From: Ostrea edulis | Lineage: Eukaryota | Length of the DNA stretch: 64,000 nucleotides | Assembly (NCBI RefSeq): GCF_947568905.1 | Contig: NC_079164.1 | Location: 10,354,001 to 10,418,000 of the forward strand | Direction of reading: 5' to 3' | Shown: positions 1 through 10,147 of the stretch, piece by piece | Numbering within the stretch: the first letter of the stretch is position 1 | Layout of the letters: each line of letters opens with the position of its first letter | The notes under the pieces: model-generated | What the model was told of the DNA's origin: nothing | What the model saw: the letters and a program-made list of their open reading frames with translations, nothing else | Database searches by the model: none | Position numbers and translations under genes: made by a program

Positions 1-78
1 ATGATGTCCCCATTTACAAAATCAGTTTGCTTCATGCATTAATGACGGGTTAAATATTGAACAGTTAAGAAATGCTAC

Positions 79-200
79 AGGGTTATTTAACTTATATTGG
101 TGAATATTGGCACGAGTTGGCTGTGAAAATGCACGAGCTTGCGAGTGCATTTTGACAGCCAACGAGTGCCAATATTCACCGATATAAGTTCAATAACCCT
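79..200. repeat. Long imperfect palindrome, probably the head of a non-autonomous element
   Basis: 56-bp arms (79-134 and 145-200) with 5 mismatches and a 10-nt loop. Confidence 0.8.
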
Positions 201-1315
201 TTTATTATATAGCTGAAGTATTTAGTTGTTAAATTATATCCCCTTTCACTCAAACTACTCCAAAATAGATGAACATTCATCAATATTGGCAGTGTGTAAT
301 AACAGCACACATTTGTTAACTGTAAACCGTGCATTGTGACGTCCCATTTAGCCAATCGGAACCCACGAGCTTGCCCATGCCAAGAAACATACTACCCATA
401 GTCCTCTGCGTCTTCTCTGGCGGAAGTTTGGCCAAGAAATTCTTAGCAAAATCTCCGGTATAGAAAAACCGTTATAAATCAGTGACCGCAATTAAGAGAT
501 AAGCGACGGCTGCTATTAATCAGCATGTAATATGGCCCTATTGAAGCCAACGAATTCAGACCGGACGGGATTTCTTGGCATGCGGTCAAGATTTTTGTGT
601 ATTCAACCAAAACACTCAAATAACCCCATACCGGCTCATTTGGTAATTTTTGAAAATTATTTTTGCACATTAATGGCAAAAATTACAAATTGTGACCCCC
701 CCCCCCCCCTGCGCTTAATCACATATTTTGAATGAATTTGTAATTTATCACATGTTTAAATTGATGCCAATAACGCGCTAATGCCGAATAACGCTGTTGG
801 AAATGCTCATTGTTACCCTCTCGTCTGCCGACACCGCAAAAACAACATCCTACGCAGAATTTTCGAAAGTTTGTACCCGCAAACAAGACTACGCTTTTCA
901 CATGTGTGTAAACAGCCTGAGTGCACTTAAGTAGCCTCAGCTACCAACATCAAATAGTTCCTTTGTATACAACTGATTATTTCCGAAAATTACACAAAAT
1001 TTCCTAATCAGGGGTACAAAAATTAAGAGAAAAGAAGAGGAAATGAGAAGAATCGCGCAGGGGAAAAAATCATTCTTTTAAATTCTAAATTTTTAGTATT
1101 AAAATTTGTATTTGTTAAATAAATACTTACCTTTATAAATTTAGATATTCACCTGCTTGCAGTCTTGTATCGGAAAAAAACCATGTAATAAAAAAGCACC
1201 CTTTGTGACCCGCCACCTCTGACATGCTCAGAAACCAACATCCGGTATCATCTATTCTTTGACATAAAACAAAAAATTAGAAGGGGGATGAAGGGGAGGT
1301 GGGTTGGGACCTCTG

Positions 1316-1412
1316 ATTTATAAAGGTAAGTATTTATTTAACAAATACAAATTTTAATACTAAAAATTTAGAATTTATCACAATAAATACGTTACCTTTA
1401 TAAATTTAGATA
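1316..1412 (-). other. DIRS internal complementary region (ICR)
   Basis: 1316-1377 is the reverse complement of 1080-1141; 1375-1412 is the reverse complement of 10768-10805. Confidence 0.95.
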
Positions 1413-1420
1413 AGCAGAAT

Positions 1421-4345
1421 TCAAAGTAGAGCTGAATCCCCCTGAGATTGGCAACTAGGAGGAAAAACCACTTTTTGAGCTGAAACTAGAGGTCCAAGCG
1501 AGAACAAACTGTCACTATGAAGGGGCATAGATCTAAGGTAATGGTTATAAAAGGTACTATCAGACCTCCAATAACCAGCTGACATGATTTCCGACATAGA
1601 GGAGGAATTGAAAATAGCCCAGGAGCAAGACAATGCTCTAATTTCATGTGCCTGAACTTGAACACGAGACAAGGCTTCTGGAGATGAAGATTGGTAAGCC
1701 ATCTTAACAGTATGACAAAGCCAAGTAGAAATAGTCTTAGCCGAAATATCCTTTAGACCTTTCTTAATAGGAATGAAAAGTCTAGTAGAACCAGTAGGTC
1801 TGAGCGTTGACGAAACAGAAATATATTTCTGAAGTGTACGCACTGGACATAAATCCTGATTACCTAATGATTTAGGTAGAGCAGGAATAACAATAGGTCC
1901 AGAACCTTTGTCTGATAACTGATTCTTGGCTAAGAAAGATGGATCTGTCAACAGAGTAACTGAAGAATTATCTGCAGAAAATCTGAGACAAGAATCTGCA
2001 ATGGAGAAAGCATGAATCTCACTCCTTCTACGACCAGAAGCTAAAGCTAATAAAAAACAGCACTTCAAGGTCAAAAACTTAAAGGAAGCTAAAAATAAAG
2101 GTTCGAAAGGAGGAAATTGTAAAGTCCTAAGAACCAAAGCTAAATTCCAGGATGGAACCAGCCTACGTTGTCTAGGTCGTTCCAAACAAAAATTCTTGAC
2201 CATGAGGGACAAGAACTCATTCTTCCCAAAATCAGGACCTCCTGACAAAGCTATAGTTCTGGATAAAGCTGAACGATAGCCCTTAATAGTAGAGGGAGAG
2301 AAACCTTTGTCTTCAAACAGATAAACTAAAAACTCAGCTAACTGTTGGACAGTAACTGCGAGAGGATCAATTTCCTTTGAACGACACCAAGAACAGAAGA
2401 TGTTCCACTTAGAGTCATAAATTGCTCCTGTAGATTTTCTGACTGAACTAGAGATACGTTTGGCTGCTCTGTCAGAAAAGCCATCCTGTCTGAGAGATTC
2501 CCTGACAGTAACCATGCGTGTAGATGGAGGTTGGAAAGATTCTGATGAACTTTCCTGCCTTTGAATTGAGACAAAAGATCTTTCCTGAGAGGAAGCAGAA
2601 TTGGTCTCGCACAACACAGTTGAAGAAGATCTGGAAACCAAGATTGTTTTGGCCATGCTGGAGCAATAAGAATGGTCTTGCAAATTTCTACCCTGATTTT
2701 GTGTAAAATCTTGGGAAGGAGGCGAAAAGGAGGAAACATGTAAGAAAACATCCCCTTCCAATCGAAAGACATTGCATCCACTGCTAAAGCTTTGTTGTCT
2801 GGAATCGGAGACACAAACGTTGGCAGTTTGCAATTCAGATGCGTAGCAAAGAGGTCTATATGAGGACGATCCCACTTGAGACAGATCTCCTGAAAGACTG
2901 CTGGATGTAACTCCCATTCTGTATTCACTGGATGCAGTGACCTTGAGAGAGCATCCGCTACTAGATTCAGATTGCCAGGAACATGCCTGACTGACAAGCG
3001 AATTCCCAGGGAACGGCAAAACAACAGAATTTCTTTGCACAGAAGGTAAAGAGACTGAGAATGTGTGCCGCCCTGATTCTGCAGATAAGCCACTACTGTT
3101 GTATTGTCTGTGGCTATCATCAGAGATTGACCCTGAACAAATTGGGAAAATTGTTTCAATGCCAGAAGAACAGCCCGCATCTCCAGTAAATTGATGTGTT
3201 CTGTCAACTGGAGACCGGACCATATACCTGATGCCTCTCTGCCCTCCAGGGTAGCTCCCCAGCCTGTCAGAGAAGCATCTGTAAACGGGGTCATAGAAGG
3301 AACTGGGGGGTCTAGCGAGCAACCTATCATAACATTCTCTCTCACTGACCACCACAGAAGATGAGGATACAATCTGGGAAGAATGGGAATAACAGCTTCC
3401 CACTGTTGTGAGGCTGGTACCCAAAATTCCAGAAGATACCACTGAATGGGGCGAATATGAAGACGACCTAAAGGTACTATGTCCATCAGAGAAATCAGAA
3501 AACCTATCAGTTGTAGAAACTGGCGAGCTGAAGCCTGTTTGGCTGAAAGTAGTTGATCCAACAGATACTGAAGCTTGAGAAATTTCTCCTCTGGAGGAAG
3601 AACTATCCCAAGATCTGTTCGAAATTGTTCCCCTAGGAAAATGAAACTCTGACTGGGAACTATCTCTGATTTTTCCCAAGAAATAAGGAAACCCAGCTTC
3701 AACAGAAGATGAATAACTCGATGAGTATGTTGATGAAGAAGGTTGAAAGAAAAATTCTTGATCAGAGAATCGTCTAGATATGTATGGATGAAAATGGACT
3801 GGGAGTGTAGATACGCAACCACTGTTTGAAAAATTTTTGTGAACACTAGTGGAGCAGTAGATAGGCCAAAAGGCATTGCCCTGAAAGCATATACCTTGCC
3901 CTCCCAGACCAGACGAAGAAACTTCCGATAAGCCGGAGCTATAGGGACATGAAAATAAGCATCCGTCAGATCTAAAGAAGACGTCCACATCCCTGTATGG
4001 AGAGAGGTTCTGATCGACCTGTTGGTCTCCATTTTGAAATGTGGAATCACCAGATACTGATTCAGAAAAGAGAGGTCCAACACAGGTCTCATTTGTCCAT
4101 TCTTTTTGGGTACAAGAAAGAGACGAGAGTAGAACCCCCAACCTAGAGGTGGACTTACTTCTTCCAATACATTCTTTTGGAGAAGTAGAGACACTTCCTC
4201 TTGTAACAACAGATTTTTCCACGGGTCTCTGGTCATAGAAAATTCCAGAGGAACCGCAGAGAGAGGAGGCTGTTCTCGAAATTGAAGCTCTAAACCCCTC
4301 CGTAGCACAGAAAGAACCCATTTGTCCGAAATGAGACGGGACCAA
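1421..4345 (-). CDS. DIRS ORF3: tyrosine recombinase in the C-terminal ~300 aa; Ser-rich N-terminal part overlaps RT in another frame (first ATG at 4321)
   Basis: YR catalytic pattern ASGRRRSEI, HEIRALS, AGYW, TFYNHY; 974 codons without a stop. Confidence 0.93.
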   Translation of the reverse strand: MVPSHFGQMGSFCATEGFRASISRTASSLCGSSGIFYDQRPVEKSVVTRGSVSTSPKECIGRSKSTSRLGVLLSSLSCTQKEWTNETCVGPLFSESVSGDSTFQNGDQQVDQNLSPYRDVDVFFRSDGCLFSCPYSSGLSEVSSSGLGGQGICFQGNAFWPIYCSTSVHKNFSNSGCVSTLPVHFHPYISRRFSDQEFFFQPSSSTYSSSYSSSVEAGFPYFLGKIRDSSQSEFHFPRGTISNRSWDSSSSRGEISQASVSVGSTTFSQTGFSSPVSTTDRFSDFSDGHSTFRSSSYSPHSVVSSGILGTSLTTVGSCYSHSSQIVSSSSVVVSERECYDRLLARPPSSFYDPVYRCFSDRLGSYPGGQRGIRYMVRSPVDRTHQFTGDAGCSSGIETIFPICSGSISDDSHRQYNSSGLSAESGRHTFSVSLPSVQRNSVVLPFPGNSLVSQACSWQSESSSGCSLKVTASSEYRMGVTSSSLSGDLSQVGSSSYRPLCYASELQTANVCVSDSRQQSFSSGCNVFRLEGDVFLHVSSFSPPSQDFTQNQGRNLQDHSYCSSMAKTILVSRSSSTVLCETNSASSQERSFVSIQRQESSSESFQPPSTRMVTVRESLRQDGFSDRAAKRISSSVRKSTGAIYDSKWNIFCSWCRSKEIDPLAVTVQQLAEFLVYLFEDKGFSPSTIKGYRSALSRTIALSGGPDFGKNEFLSLMVKNFCLERPRQRRLVPSWNLALVLRTLQFPPFEPLFLASFKFLTLKCCFLLALASGRRRSEIHAFSIADSCLRFSADNSSVTLLTDPSFLAKNQLSDKGSGPIVIPALPKSLGNQDLCPVRTLQKYISVSSTLRPTGSTRLFIPIKKGLKDISAKTISTWLCHTVKMAYQSSSPEALSRVQVQAHEIRALSCSWAIFNSSSMSEIMSAGYWRSDSTFYNHYLRSMPLHSDSLFSLGPLVSAQKVVFPPSCQSQGDSALL

Positions 4346-4449
4346 TGAGGAAGAAAAAGAGAGAGGCGTCCTCCCACAGGAAGATGAGGAAAGGGAACAC
4401 CTACTTCCTCGGAAAGAGTGGATTGTGCTACAGGAGGGGGGGGAGGCAT
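2338..4449 (-). CDS. DIRS ORF2: reverse transcriptase, RNase H and DAM-like methyltransferase domain
   Basis: LDLTDAYFHV, MPFGLSTAP, YLDD (RT); TDASLTGWG, HINLLEMRAV, TDNTT, NLVADALSR (RNase H); DLFAT and FPPF (MT-like); ATG at 4449 overlaps the ORF1 stop. Confidence 0.96.
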   Translation of the reverse strand: MPPPPPVAQSTLSEEVGVPFPHLPVGGRLSLFLPHWSRLISDKWVLSVLRRGLELQFREQPPLSAVPLEFSMTRDPWKNLLLQEEVSLLLQKNVLEEVSPPLGWGFYSRLFLVPKKNGQMRPVLDLSFLNQYLVIPHFKMETNRSIRTSLHTGMWTSSLDLTDAYFHVPIAPAYRKFLRLVWEGKVYAFRAMPFGLSTAPLVFTKIFQTVVAYLHSQSIFIHTYLDDSLIKNFSFNLLHQHTHRVIHLLLKLGFLISWEKSEIVPSQSFIFLGEQFRTDLGIVLPPEEKFLKLQYLLDQLLSAKQASARQFLQLIGFLISLMDIVPLGRLHIRPIQWYLLEFWVPASQQWEAVIPILPRLYPHLLWWSVRENVMIGCSLDPPVPSMTPFTDASLTGWGATLEGREASGIWSGLQLTEHINLLEMRAVLLALKQFSQFVQGQSLMIATDNTTVVAYLQNQGGTHSQSLYLLCKEILLFCRSLGIRLSVRHVPGNLNLVADALSRSLHPVNTEWELHPAVFQEICLKWDRPHIDLFATHLNCKLPTFVSPIPDNKALAVDAMSFDWKGMFSYMFPPFRLLPKILHKIRVEICKTILIAPAWPKQSWFPDLLQLCCARPILLPLRKDLLSQFKGRKVHQNLSNLHLHAWLLSGNLSDRMAFLTEQPNVSLVQSENLQEQFMTLSGTSSVLGVVQRKLILSQLLSNS

Positions 4450-5747
4450 CAAAACTGAGATTTCTTACCCTTGGCTACTTTGGGTTTTTTATTATTAGAT
4501 CCCGAAGCCGATGGGAAAGAACGATGCTCATTACTTCTCTTAAGATTATTTGAACCTTGCAGAGAAGAGCCAGATTTAGTAGCACCTTGAGACTTACTTC
4601 TAGAAGAGTCTGATTTAGAAGAACAAGAAACACGCCTAGAACTACCATTGTTGAGTTGTACATCTACTTTAACAGTAGGAGGTTCTTTGTGTAATTCCTC
4701 TTGTAATTTGCGTAAAGAGATGCCAAATAACTGCTCTTTATGAAGAGGAGAAAAAAGTAGGTTGTCTTTAAGAAACTCAGAGACGTTAGATTTTTGAAGA
4801 ATCTCTTGTCTCCTAGCTAAAGAAAAATTGGCAATAGTGCCAAGATTCAAGAGCTGAGAAGTGCAAAGACATCTATCTACTTGGAGAAGAAAAGAACGAA
4901 CATCATCAAATTCTTCGCCCTTATCTTTAAGAGAGGCACCTGCAGCAGCAAGAAAATGCTCCGCATATTGTAAAGCTGCGGCAACACCCCGAAGATTGTT
5001 CTCCGACCTAGAATAAGAAGTCTGAGATAACTTGACCCCCTCAGAAGACTTAGCACCAAGAAGATTGGAAAAAGTCTTATCAAAAACAGGTTGAGATTTT
5101 CCCAAGGAAACATCATGAATATCAAAATACTTCATTCTAACCTTACCAGGGAAAGAAGATGTACTAAAAGCCAGATTTTGTCTAACTAAATTAGAGGCCT
5201 TATTGGAGGACATCTGATCGTCGACAAGATGAGAATTAATGGAAGCCAATGCAGATTTAAAATGACTAGACTCGGGAAAAGAAGCATACGACTTAGAAGA
5301 ATCTCTCACAAGACCAGAGCAGGACTGAAAATCAGAAGGTATGTGAGAACTCCTGGGAGGAGAAACTAAAGAATCGTGACCTGACAATTCTCTACGAATT
5401 GCGTACACTTTGTCTTTCAGAGTGAGATTCTCTACCGGAAGTTGCTCCTGAGAAAGCCCAACTTCATCGACTGAAGGAACCGGAGATAGGCAATTATCGC
5501 TCAGAAAAGATGCCTCTTGACTACTTGGAGCCAAAGATAATGAGTCAACCTCCTCGTCCGCTTTATTATCAAAAGCGGGCCGAGGGGTGACAAGAGCAGC
5601 CCCAGGAACAGTGGGGGACGTAGCTGATTTGCTTTTTTCAATCAAATCTAGTCTACGTTCCACTGTCACAAATTTTGAAGAAATAGAACCCTCCAGTTTC
5701 TGAATAGATGAAACCAAACATTTAATTTCGTCCTTATTGGAGGACTC
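4449..5747 (-). CDS. DIRS ORF1 (gag-like), 3' part, 432 aa
   Basis: Open frame ESSNKDEIK…KKSQF*; the Lys-rich start in the ORF track is read-through of the LINE poly(A); joins in frame to 10146-10532 at KPNLM. Confidence 0.88.
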   Translation of the reverse strand, partial: ESSNKDEIKCLVSSIQKLEGSISSKFVTVERRLDLIEKSKSATSPTVPGAALVTPRPAFDNKADEEVDSLSLAPSSQEASFLSDNCLSPVPSVDEVGLSQEQLPVENLTLKDKVYAIRRELSGHDSLVSPPRSSHIPSDFQSCSGLVRDSSKSYASFPESSHFKSALASINSHLVDDQMSSNKASNLVRQNLAFSTSSFPGKVRMKYFDIHDVSLGKSQPVFDKTFSNLLGAKSSEGVKLSQTSYSRSENNLRGVAAALQYAEHFLAAAGASLKDKGEEFDDVRSFLLQVDRCLCTSQLLNLGTIANFSLARRQEILQKSNVSEFLKDNLLFSPLHKEQLFGISLRKLQEELHKEPPTVKVDVQLNNGSSRRVSCSSKSDSSRSKSQGATKSGSSLQGSNNLKRSNEHRSFPSASGSNNKKPKVAKGKKSQF

Positions 5748-5762
5748 CATTAAGTTTGGTTT

Positions 5763-8700
5763 TTTGTTTTTTTTTTTGGTGAAGATTTTTTTTTTTTTTT
5801 TTTTTTCACATATATCAGTCTTTAATTCCAAAATACATTACTATTTCGGGGTAAAGTCTCCGCAGAGACCCCCTTATAATCTTTACCTAGGGTGCCAGGG
5901 GCCCCTTGGATTAGATGTATATAGGCATACATATACATATATATAAATTTATCATATAAATTTCTACATATAGAAAACACAAACATATATGCATACATAC
6001 AAACACACACACATATAATATACTGTTATATAACAAAATTTATTAACATGTTATGGCAAAAAAGGTTCTTATTTTTACGGAAAAACCAACAACACAACAA
6101 TATAATTATGTACATAAAGAACCTGAAACTGCCATATGCGGGGTTAACAATTCAAAAGTTCATATCACAACCCCCATGGCAGCACTATAGGAGGACAGGA
6201 CCCCTCCTCATAGTGGGAACTTTTTGCAAAATACCAGTATATAAAAGGTTTATTACAAAATTTTATTTGATATAGAAATATAGTTGTTTGTAATCAATTC
6301 AAATTGTTCAAAATAAACTCACATTGTAACATAGTTAAAAATGTGCATAGTCAGATATTTGTCAGGTTTCATATTATAAAAAGTCATACCTACAAAGGTG
6401 TATAAATTACAATTTGTCTTTAATTGCTTTCATAACTTTAGCATATTTTTTATCCTGAATTTTTGTGTACACTTCTGTATAAAAATTCAATTTACTTTTT
6501 ATGTGGTTACATATTTCTTGAGGTTTTTCGTCTTTGTTATCTAATCTACAATACATTTTATACTTGTATATTTTACAGGCAATAAGAGATATTATGCTAT
6601 TCAAAAAGAGTGTCTTTTCATTGTTTTCATAGTAAAATCCTATCACAATTGTTTTCCACGATATATCAAATTTTAAAATTTGTTTAACAATGTCCCATAT
6701 ATGAGAAACATTTTTACATTTTAAGATAAGATGTTCATTGTTTTCTTTAGCATCTCTGCAAAAGACACAAAAATCATTTTCTACTATCTTCCATTTCTTC
6801 AGCAATTCTCTGTTACACAATAGATTATTTAATAATTTATAATTAAATTCTGATATACTTCTGTCTCTTATGGATAAGATTTTTTGTTCATAAATAGATT
6901 TCCAAGCCGTTTTTGTTATTTCAAAAACCTTTCCGTAATATGTTTGGTGTAATGGAGGTATAAATTTTTCATGACAAAGAATTTCGTAAATCAACTTTGA
7001 ATTGATATCACACACTTTAACATGTCCTTTACATAATAAATCGTATGATGTACTCCCATGAAAAATGTTTTCGTATCGTATATTTGAATATTCATAACTT
7101 TTGAAGGTTTTTGTTATAACTGTTTTTATAATCATATATTCACACATCCAGTTTTTTTTACATATAAGTTTGTCATCAAACCATTCCAAAGGTTTTATGC
7201 CATTTTCATTTACAATATCATTCAAAAATTTAAAACCGCTCCTCAGCCAATTATGAAAAAATATTGGCTTGTTTTTGTACATAAAATTTTTATTACACCA
7301 CAACGGTTCTTTCAATAATGCATTCAGATAAAATTGTTTTTTATTTTTTTTACATTCGTTGAAAAATACAAGCATTTCCTTGTAGAATAGAGGAAAATGT
7401 TCCATTATTTGATAATCATTTGATTTCGTAATATTTGTTTTACATAGATATTCAAAATCAAAGTCTCTTTCTTTGCACAAACTATCTACAAAAAAGAATA
7501 GAGAGTTTCTCTCGCTTGAAATCCTGTTTATCCAAGATACTTTTATGGATTTTAATTTCAAAGATACATCGACAATTCCAATGCCTCCCTTTAGGACATT
7601 TCCAATCTGTGTATTTCTTTTAATTCTATCTCTTTTGTTCCATATATAGTTATATAACAAACTTTGAAATTTCTTAATTACTTCTTCATTTGGAAAGCTC
7701 AGAACTGATCCAACATATATAATCTTTGATATTGCTAGGCTATTGATGACACAAACTTTACCAAAAATGGTTAGTTTTCTTTTTTTCCATGATTCAAACA
7801 GTTTTTCTAAGTCATCTACAATTTTTGTCCAATTGTTTTTATAACATATTTCTTTGTTGTGTCCTATATAAATTCCAAGAGTTTTTATGCTATCATTGTT
7901 TACGTTAACATTTCTAATTTGTTTATAATGATATTTGTGAGGACCCGTTAATATACATACAAGTTAAATATTATTTCAGTGAACTGCAGGGGTTTAAATA
8001 CTGCAGAAAAACGTATAAAATTTTATACCTGGATTAATGATAGCTGTTTTGATGTAATATTTATGCAAGAAACCCACTATATTGAAAAAAATGTACTAAA
8101 TTATGATGCAAGGTGGAAAGGTATATCAATACATTGCTTTTCCGATTCAATTTTCAGTAGAGGAGTTTCAATATTATTTAATAAAGATTTGAATTTCAAA
8201 ATACTAAATATACATAAATCTAATGAAGGCAGGAAACTCATGGTTAACATAGCATATGATGAAAAAATTATTACATTAGTTAATTTATATGCTCCAAACG
8301 ATATCAATTATAGATGTGATTTTTTTAAACGGGCTAAAGAATGGATTAGTAAATATACAGCAAATTTTGATAATCTATTGATATGTGGTGACCTTAATTG
8401 CTCAACAGAAAATGAATCAGATAAAAGTGTTATAATTTTAAAACAACTACTGAACAAGCTCGATTTACACGACATGTGGAAAACTATGAAAAGCGGAAAA
8501 AAAGGATATTCATGGTGTAACGGAGTAAATATCCCAACAAGTAGAATAGATTATATTTTACTATCCGATACCTTTTGTTTTCAATGTGAAAATATAAGGC
8601 TTCAAAACATTCCTGGTTCACACTCAAACGGTACTAGGATGTCTGATCATAAGTGTTTAATTTTTTCTTTGATTGTAAATGAAAACCTTAGAGGTCCAGG

Positions 8701-10145
8701 ATACTGGAAATTTAACACATCTTTAATTGAAAATGAAACCTTCATGAACGAAATGAATACATTCCTGAAAAACTATAATTTCGATAAAGAAAATGCACTA
8801 GATTCATGGGAAAATTTGAAAAGGAATATAAAAACAAAATGTATAAATTTATCGAAAAATATATCTAAATCTTACAAAAACAAAATAAATTCTATTCAAG
8901 GAGAAATAAGTAAGATAGAAGACTTGCCATATGAAAAAATAGATATGAATAGAAAAAGAAAATTAGAAAATGAATTGACAGAATTAATAAACAAAAAGGC
9001 AAAAGGTGCACAGGTAAGATCAAGGGCAAAATGGATTGAAGAGGGAGAAAGAAATACCTCTTATTTTTTAAATTTAGAAAAGAGACGACAAATATCAAAT
9101 GTGATAAAATCATTAAAAAATGAAAAAGGTACAGTTTTTGATGAAGATGAAATATTAGATTCTACATGCAATTTTTATGAAAAATTGTATACATCAAATA
9201 ATGAAAATGATAATAAAGTGAATGAATATTTAAGTAATATACAATTAGAATATAGTCTAACTGATGAAGAAAAAAATGAATTAGACACCCTTCCCTCACT
9301 ATCAGAATGTACAGAAACAGTATTCATTATGAAAAATAATAAATCACCCGGATCTGATGGATTACCGTGTGAATTCTATCAAACTTTCTGGGAAAACATA
9401 AAACAACATTATTATTGCACTCTTCAAGAGATCTTCCAAAAGTATACAATGACATATTCACAAAGACTATCTTTAATTACTCTCTTATTTAAAAAAGGAG
9501 ACCCGCAGAGTCTTAACAATTATAGGCCTATTAGTCTTACAAATACTGATTATAAAATAATAGCTTTTCTTTTAGCTAATAGACTACAAAAAGTGTTGGA
9601 TAAAGCAATACATGTTAATCAATCAGCTTATATAAAAGGGAGAAATATAGCTCTGAATGCAAGGTTAATTATTGATATTTTTGAATATTGTGAAGAAAAT
9701 GATATAGAATCAATAATGTTATTTCTTGATTTCCAAAAAGCGTTCGACTCTGTGGAATGGAACTTCATGACGAAAGTTCTTAAAAAATTTAACTTTGGCG
9801 AAAACTTTCTCAAATGGGTCAACATACTATACAATAAACCTATATTTAAAATAAAAAATAATGGATGGATGTCCAAAACATGCATTATGCAGAGAGGTAT
9901 AAGACAAGGATGTCCCATCTCTGCAATATTATTTCTTTTTGTTATAGAAATATTAGCGGTAAATATTAGATCGAATTCAAATATTAATGGATTTCAAAAA
10001 CCAGGAATGACTAACAGTATTAAGATTATACAACATGCAGATGATTGTACTCTTCCTCTAAAAGATGAAACCTCTCTAGAACATTCTTTAAAAGTCATAG
10101 CAAAATTCAGCAATGTTTCGGGTATGTATTTAAATATGTTAAAAA
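5763..10145 (-). mobile_element. L1/Tx1-type LINE lacking ORF1, with inverted 5' segment, nested in DIRS ORF1
   Basis: 15-bp TSD CATTAAGTTTGGTTT at 5748-5762 and 10146-10160; poly(A) (poly-T on plus) 5763-5806; ATTAAA signal ~5821-5826; ORF2 halves on opposite strands. Confidence 0.95.
6407..7957 (-). CDS. LINE ORF2 C-terminal half (RT thumb + Cys/His zinc-knuckle region)
   Basis: Manual translation extends the track ORF upstream without stops: CILTGP…SIKTLGIYIG…WKKRKLTIFGK…; C-terminal CVFC…EHLILKC. Confidence 0.93.
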   Translation of the reverse strand, partial: CILTGPHKYHYKQIRNVNVNNDSIKTLGIYIGHNKEICYKNNWTKIVDDLEKLFESWKKRKLTIFGKVCVINSLAISKIIYVGSVLSFPNEEVIKKFQSLLYNYIWNKRDRIKRNTQIGNVLKGGIGIVDVSLKLKSIKVSWINRISSERNSLFFFVDSLCKERDFDFEYLCKTNITKSNDYQIMEHFPLFYKEMLVFFNECKKNKKQFYLNALLKEPLWCNKNFMYKNKPIFFHNWLRSGFKFLNDIVNENGIKPLEWFDDKLICKKNWMCEYMIIKTVITKTFKSYEYSNIRYENIFHGSTSYDLLCKGHVKVCDINSKLIYEILCHEKFIPPLHQTYYGKVFEITKTAWKSIYEQKILSIRDRSISEFNYKLLNNLLCNRELLKKWKIVENDFCVFCRDAKENNEHLILKCKNVSHIWDIVKQILKFDISWKTIVIGFYYENNEKTLFLNSIISLIACKIYKYKMYCRLDNKDEKPQEICNHIKSKLNFYTEVYTKIQDKKYAKVMKAIKDKL

Positions 10146-10147
10146 CA
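7955..10147 (+). CDS. LINE ORF2 N-terminal half (APE endonuclease + RT), inverted segment
   Basis: LNIISVNCRGL, QETH, GDLN, SRIDY, SDH (endonuclease); GPGYWKFN, KSPGSDG, YRPISL, LDFQKAFD, RQGCPIS, HADD (RT); stop-free up to LNMLKT at the TSD. Confidence 0.95.

Noticed and set aside
5748-5831. Lys-rich N-terminus (MELKTDICEKKKK…) of the 460-aa ORF
   Set aside because: Read-through of the LINE 3' UTR and poly(A) into DIRS ORF1
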